Assembly (NCBI GenBank): GCA_013239625.1 | Contig: MU053934.1 | Span: 10,889,003-10,953,002, forward strand | Length of the DNA: 64,000 nucleotides | Direction: 5' to 3' | Source of the DNA: Lama guanicoe | Lineage: Eukaryota | Shown: positions 62,791 through 64,000 of the stretch, in pieces | Numbering within the stretch: position 1 is the stretch's first letter | How the letters are laid out: every line of letters starts with the position of its first letter | The notes under the pieces: model-generated | Database searches by the model: none | Told to the model about the DNA's origin: nothing | What the model saw: the letters and a program-made list of their open reading frames with translations, nothing else | Position numbers and translations under genes: made by a program

Positions 62791-64000
62791 GTTTAGTTGG
62801 TCTGAGTTCCCAGACCCTGCCTGAGTGTCTTCACGGCTCATCTCTGCCCTCTGCCACAGCCCTCTCCTCCTGGAGGCTGGAGAATCCTGGTCCTACCGCC
62901 CACAGTCTTACGCCTTGAGCAACTCCGACCTGATTCCCATTCCGTCAGAACACAGGCAAATTCTGATCAAAGCTTCCACCCAGAAAGTCTAGGGCACAGC
63001 GCTGTCTCCACACCTCCTACCCCCAGCCGTCAGGAGCCTCTGACGTCCAGCCCATCCAGCAACCGGCAAGTCCCCTTTGGCTCAACATTGTCCTCTTAAA
63101 TTCTCCGAAGTTTGCTCTGCGACCACAGACGTGGGCCTTGTTTTAGAAGACAAAAGAGAAGGTAGAACCTTCCAGAACATGGCCCCAGGCTGTAAGTCTC
63201 AGGCATTGGGGCACGGGGAGGAGCGGGTCAGGCCCTGCAGTACGGCTGAGTTATGTGTGTGGGGTGTGTCTTGGGGTCAAGGGGGCAGCAGGCGGGAGCA
63301 GGGGGGGCCACGCTCAGGGTCTGCAGGTGACGCTGCAGGTGGCAGGGGCTGCGAGGGGCACTGAACGCTCGGCTGTCCCCCTCGGTCCTGACGCCACGGA
63401 CGGAAAGTGCCTGCCGTGATGTGTTGTAAATCGCTTTCTGTGTATGTGAACCCCAGACTCTTCCCACGTTCAAAAAGAAATGTAGCAAGAAAAATCAACC
63501 GAAGTCCGGGATGGGTTAAGGGACGCGCGGCAGCTGAAGGTGTCCTGGTGGGGTGTCTGCCGAAGGCTGGGTCACTCGTGGGGTCTGTGCGGCCCAGTTG
63601 CCACCTGTCTGTCCCAAGAAACCCGGAGAGGATGGGCGAGCCGGCAGAGAGGAGGGCATGCTCTCGGGCCCAGAGACAGGGCAGAGGCGGGCTTTGAGGG
63701 GAACGGTGTTGGGGCAGCGCGCGCCCCCGATGCCAGGCTCGGTGGCGGGCCTTTGATCCCGGAGCCCGGGTGTTTTCCGCGTAGGATCCAGGGAAACCCA
63801 CCCCAGGAACACTCGGTGACACGGGCGTCTGCAGAGCGCCCCTCCGTCGAGGGCCGGGGTGTCCCGAGTCCTCACTTTCTGTAGAAGATGCAGTTTTGTT
63901 TCCCTTGGAAGCCGGCCTCTGCTTGCAACGCACCGCCGCTCTATCATTTTAAATTAAATTGTTCCTGTTGTGTCTGTATCCCTATGTGGGCTTTAATTCA

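Noticed and set aside
1..64000. Hundreds of ORFs of 60-260 aa as protein-coding genes
   Set aside because: They overlap on both strands, are rich in Pro/Gly/Ala/Arg as expected for GC-rich non-coding DNA, and show no recognisable host protein domain or coherent exon chain. Small exons could still be missed.

Overview
This is mammalian genomic DNA, GC-rich and non-coding as far as I can see. It contains one assembly gap (168 N, 29583-29750). I found no credible protein-coding exon, RNA gene or CRISPR-like array. The supplied ORFs are what GC-rich DNA produces by chance, plus LINE remnants. Most identifiable sequence is transposon fossil: three cetartiodactyl-type L1 3' ends, several long ancient L1M elements, MaLR (MLT1), ERVL (MLT2) and MER21-like LTRs, ERV1 solo LTRs, a MER58B-like MITE, L2 and MIR fragments, and an L3/CR1 reverse-transcriptase fossil. 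Several insertions still have target-site duplications (TSDs). The L1 3'UTR style, with no Alu, B1, SINEC, Bov-tA or PRE-1 SINEs seen, suggests a camelid (inference). Between the repeats are AT-richer islands dense in homeodomain, GATA and TCF motifs that look like conserved non-coding enhancers, typical of a gene desert or long intron near a developmental gene. The most notable observations are a head-to-head pair of same-family ERV1 LTRs around a CpG-rich spacer, patchy AT-to-GC conversion of old repeats into CpG-island-like sequence, the readable CR1 fossil, and a G-rich 33-bp minisatellite inside a candidate enhancer cluster. I do not see evidence for a new biological system. Repeat family names come from remembered consensus sequences, not a database search, and boundaries without TSDs are approximate.
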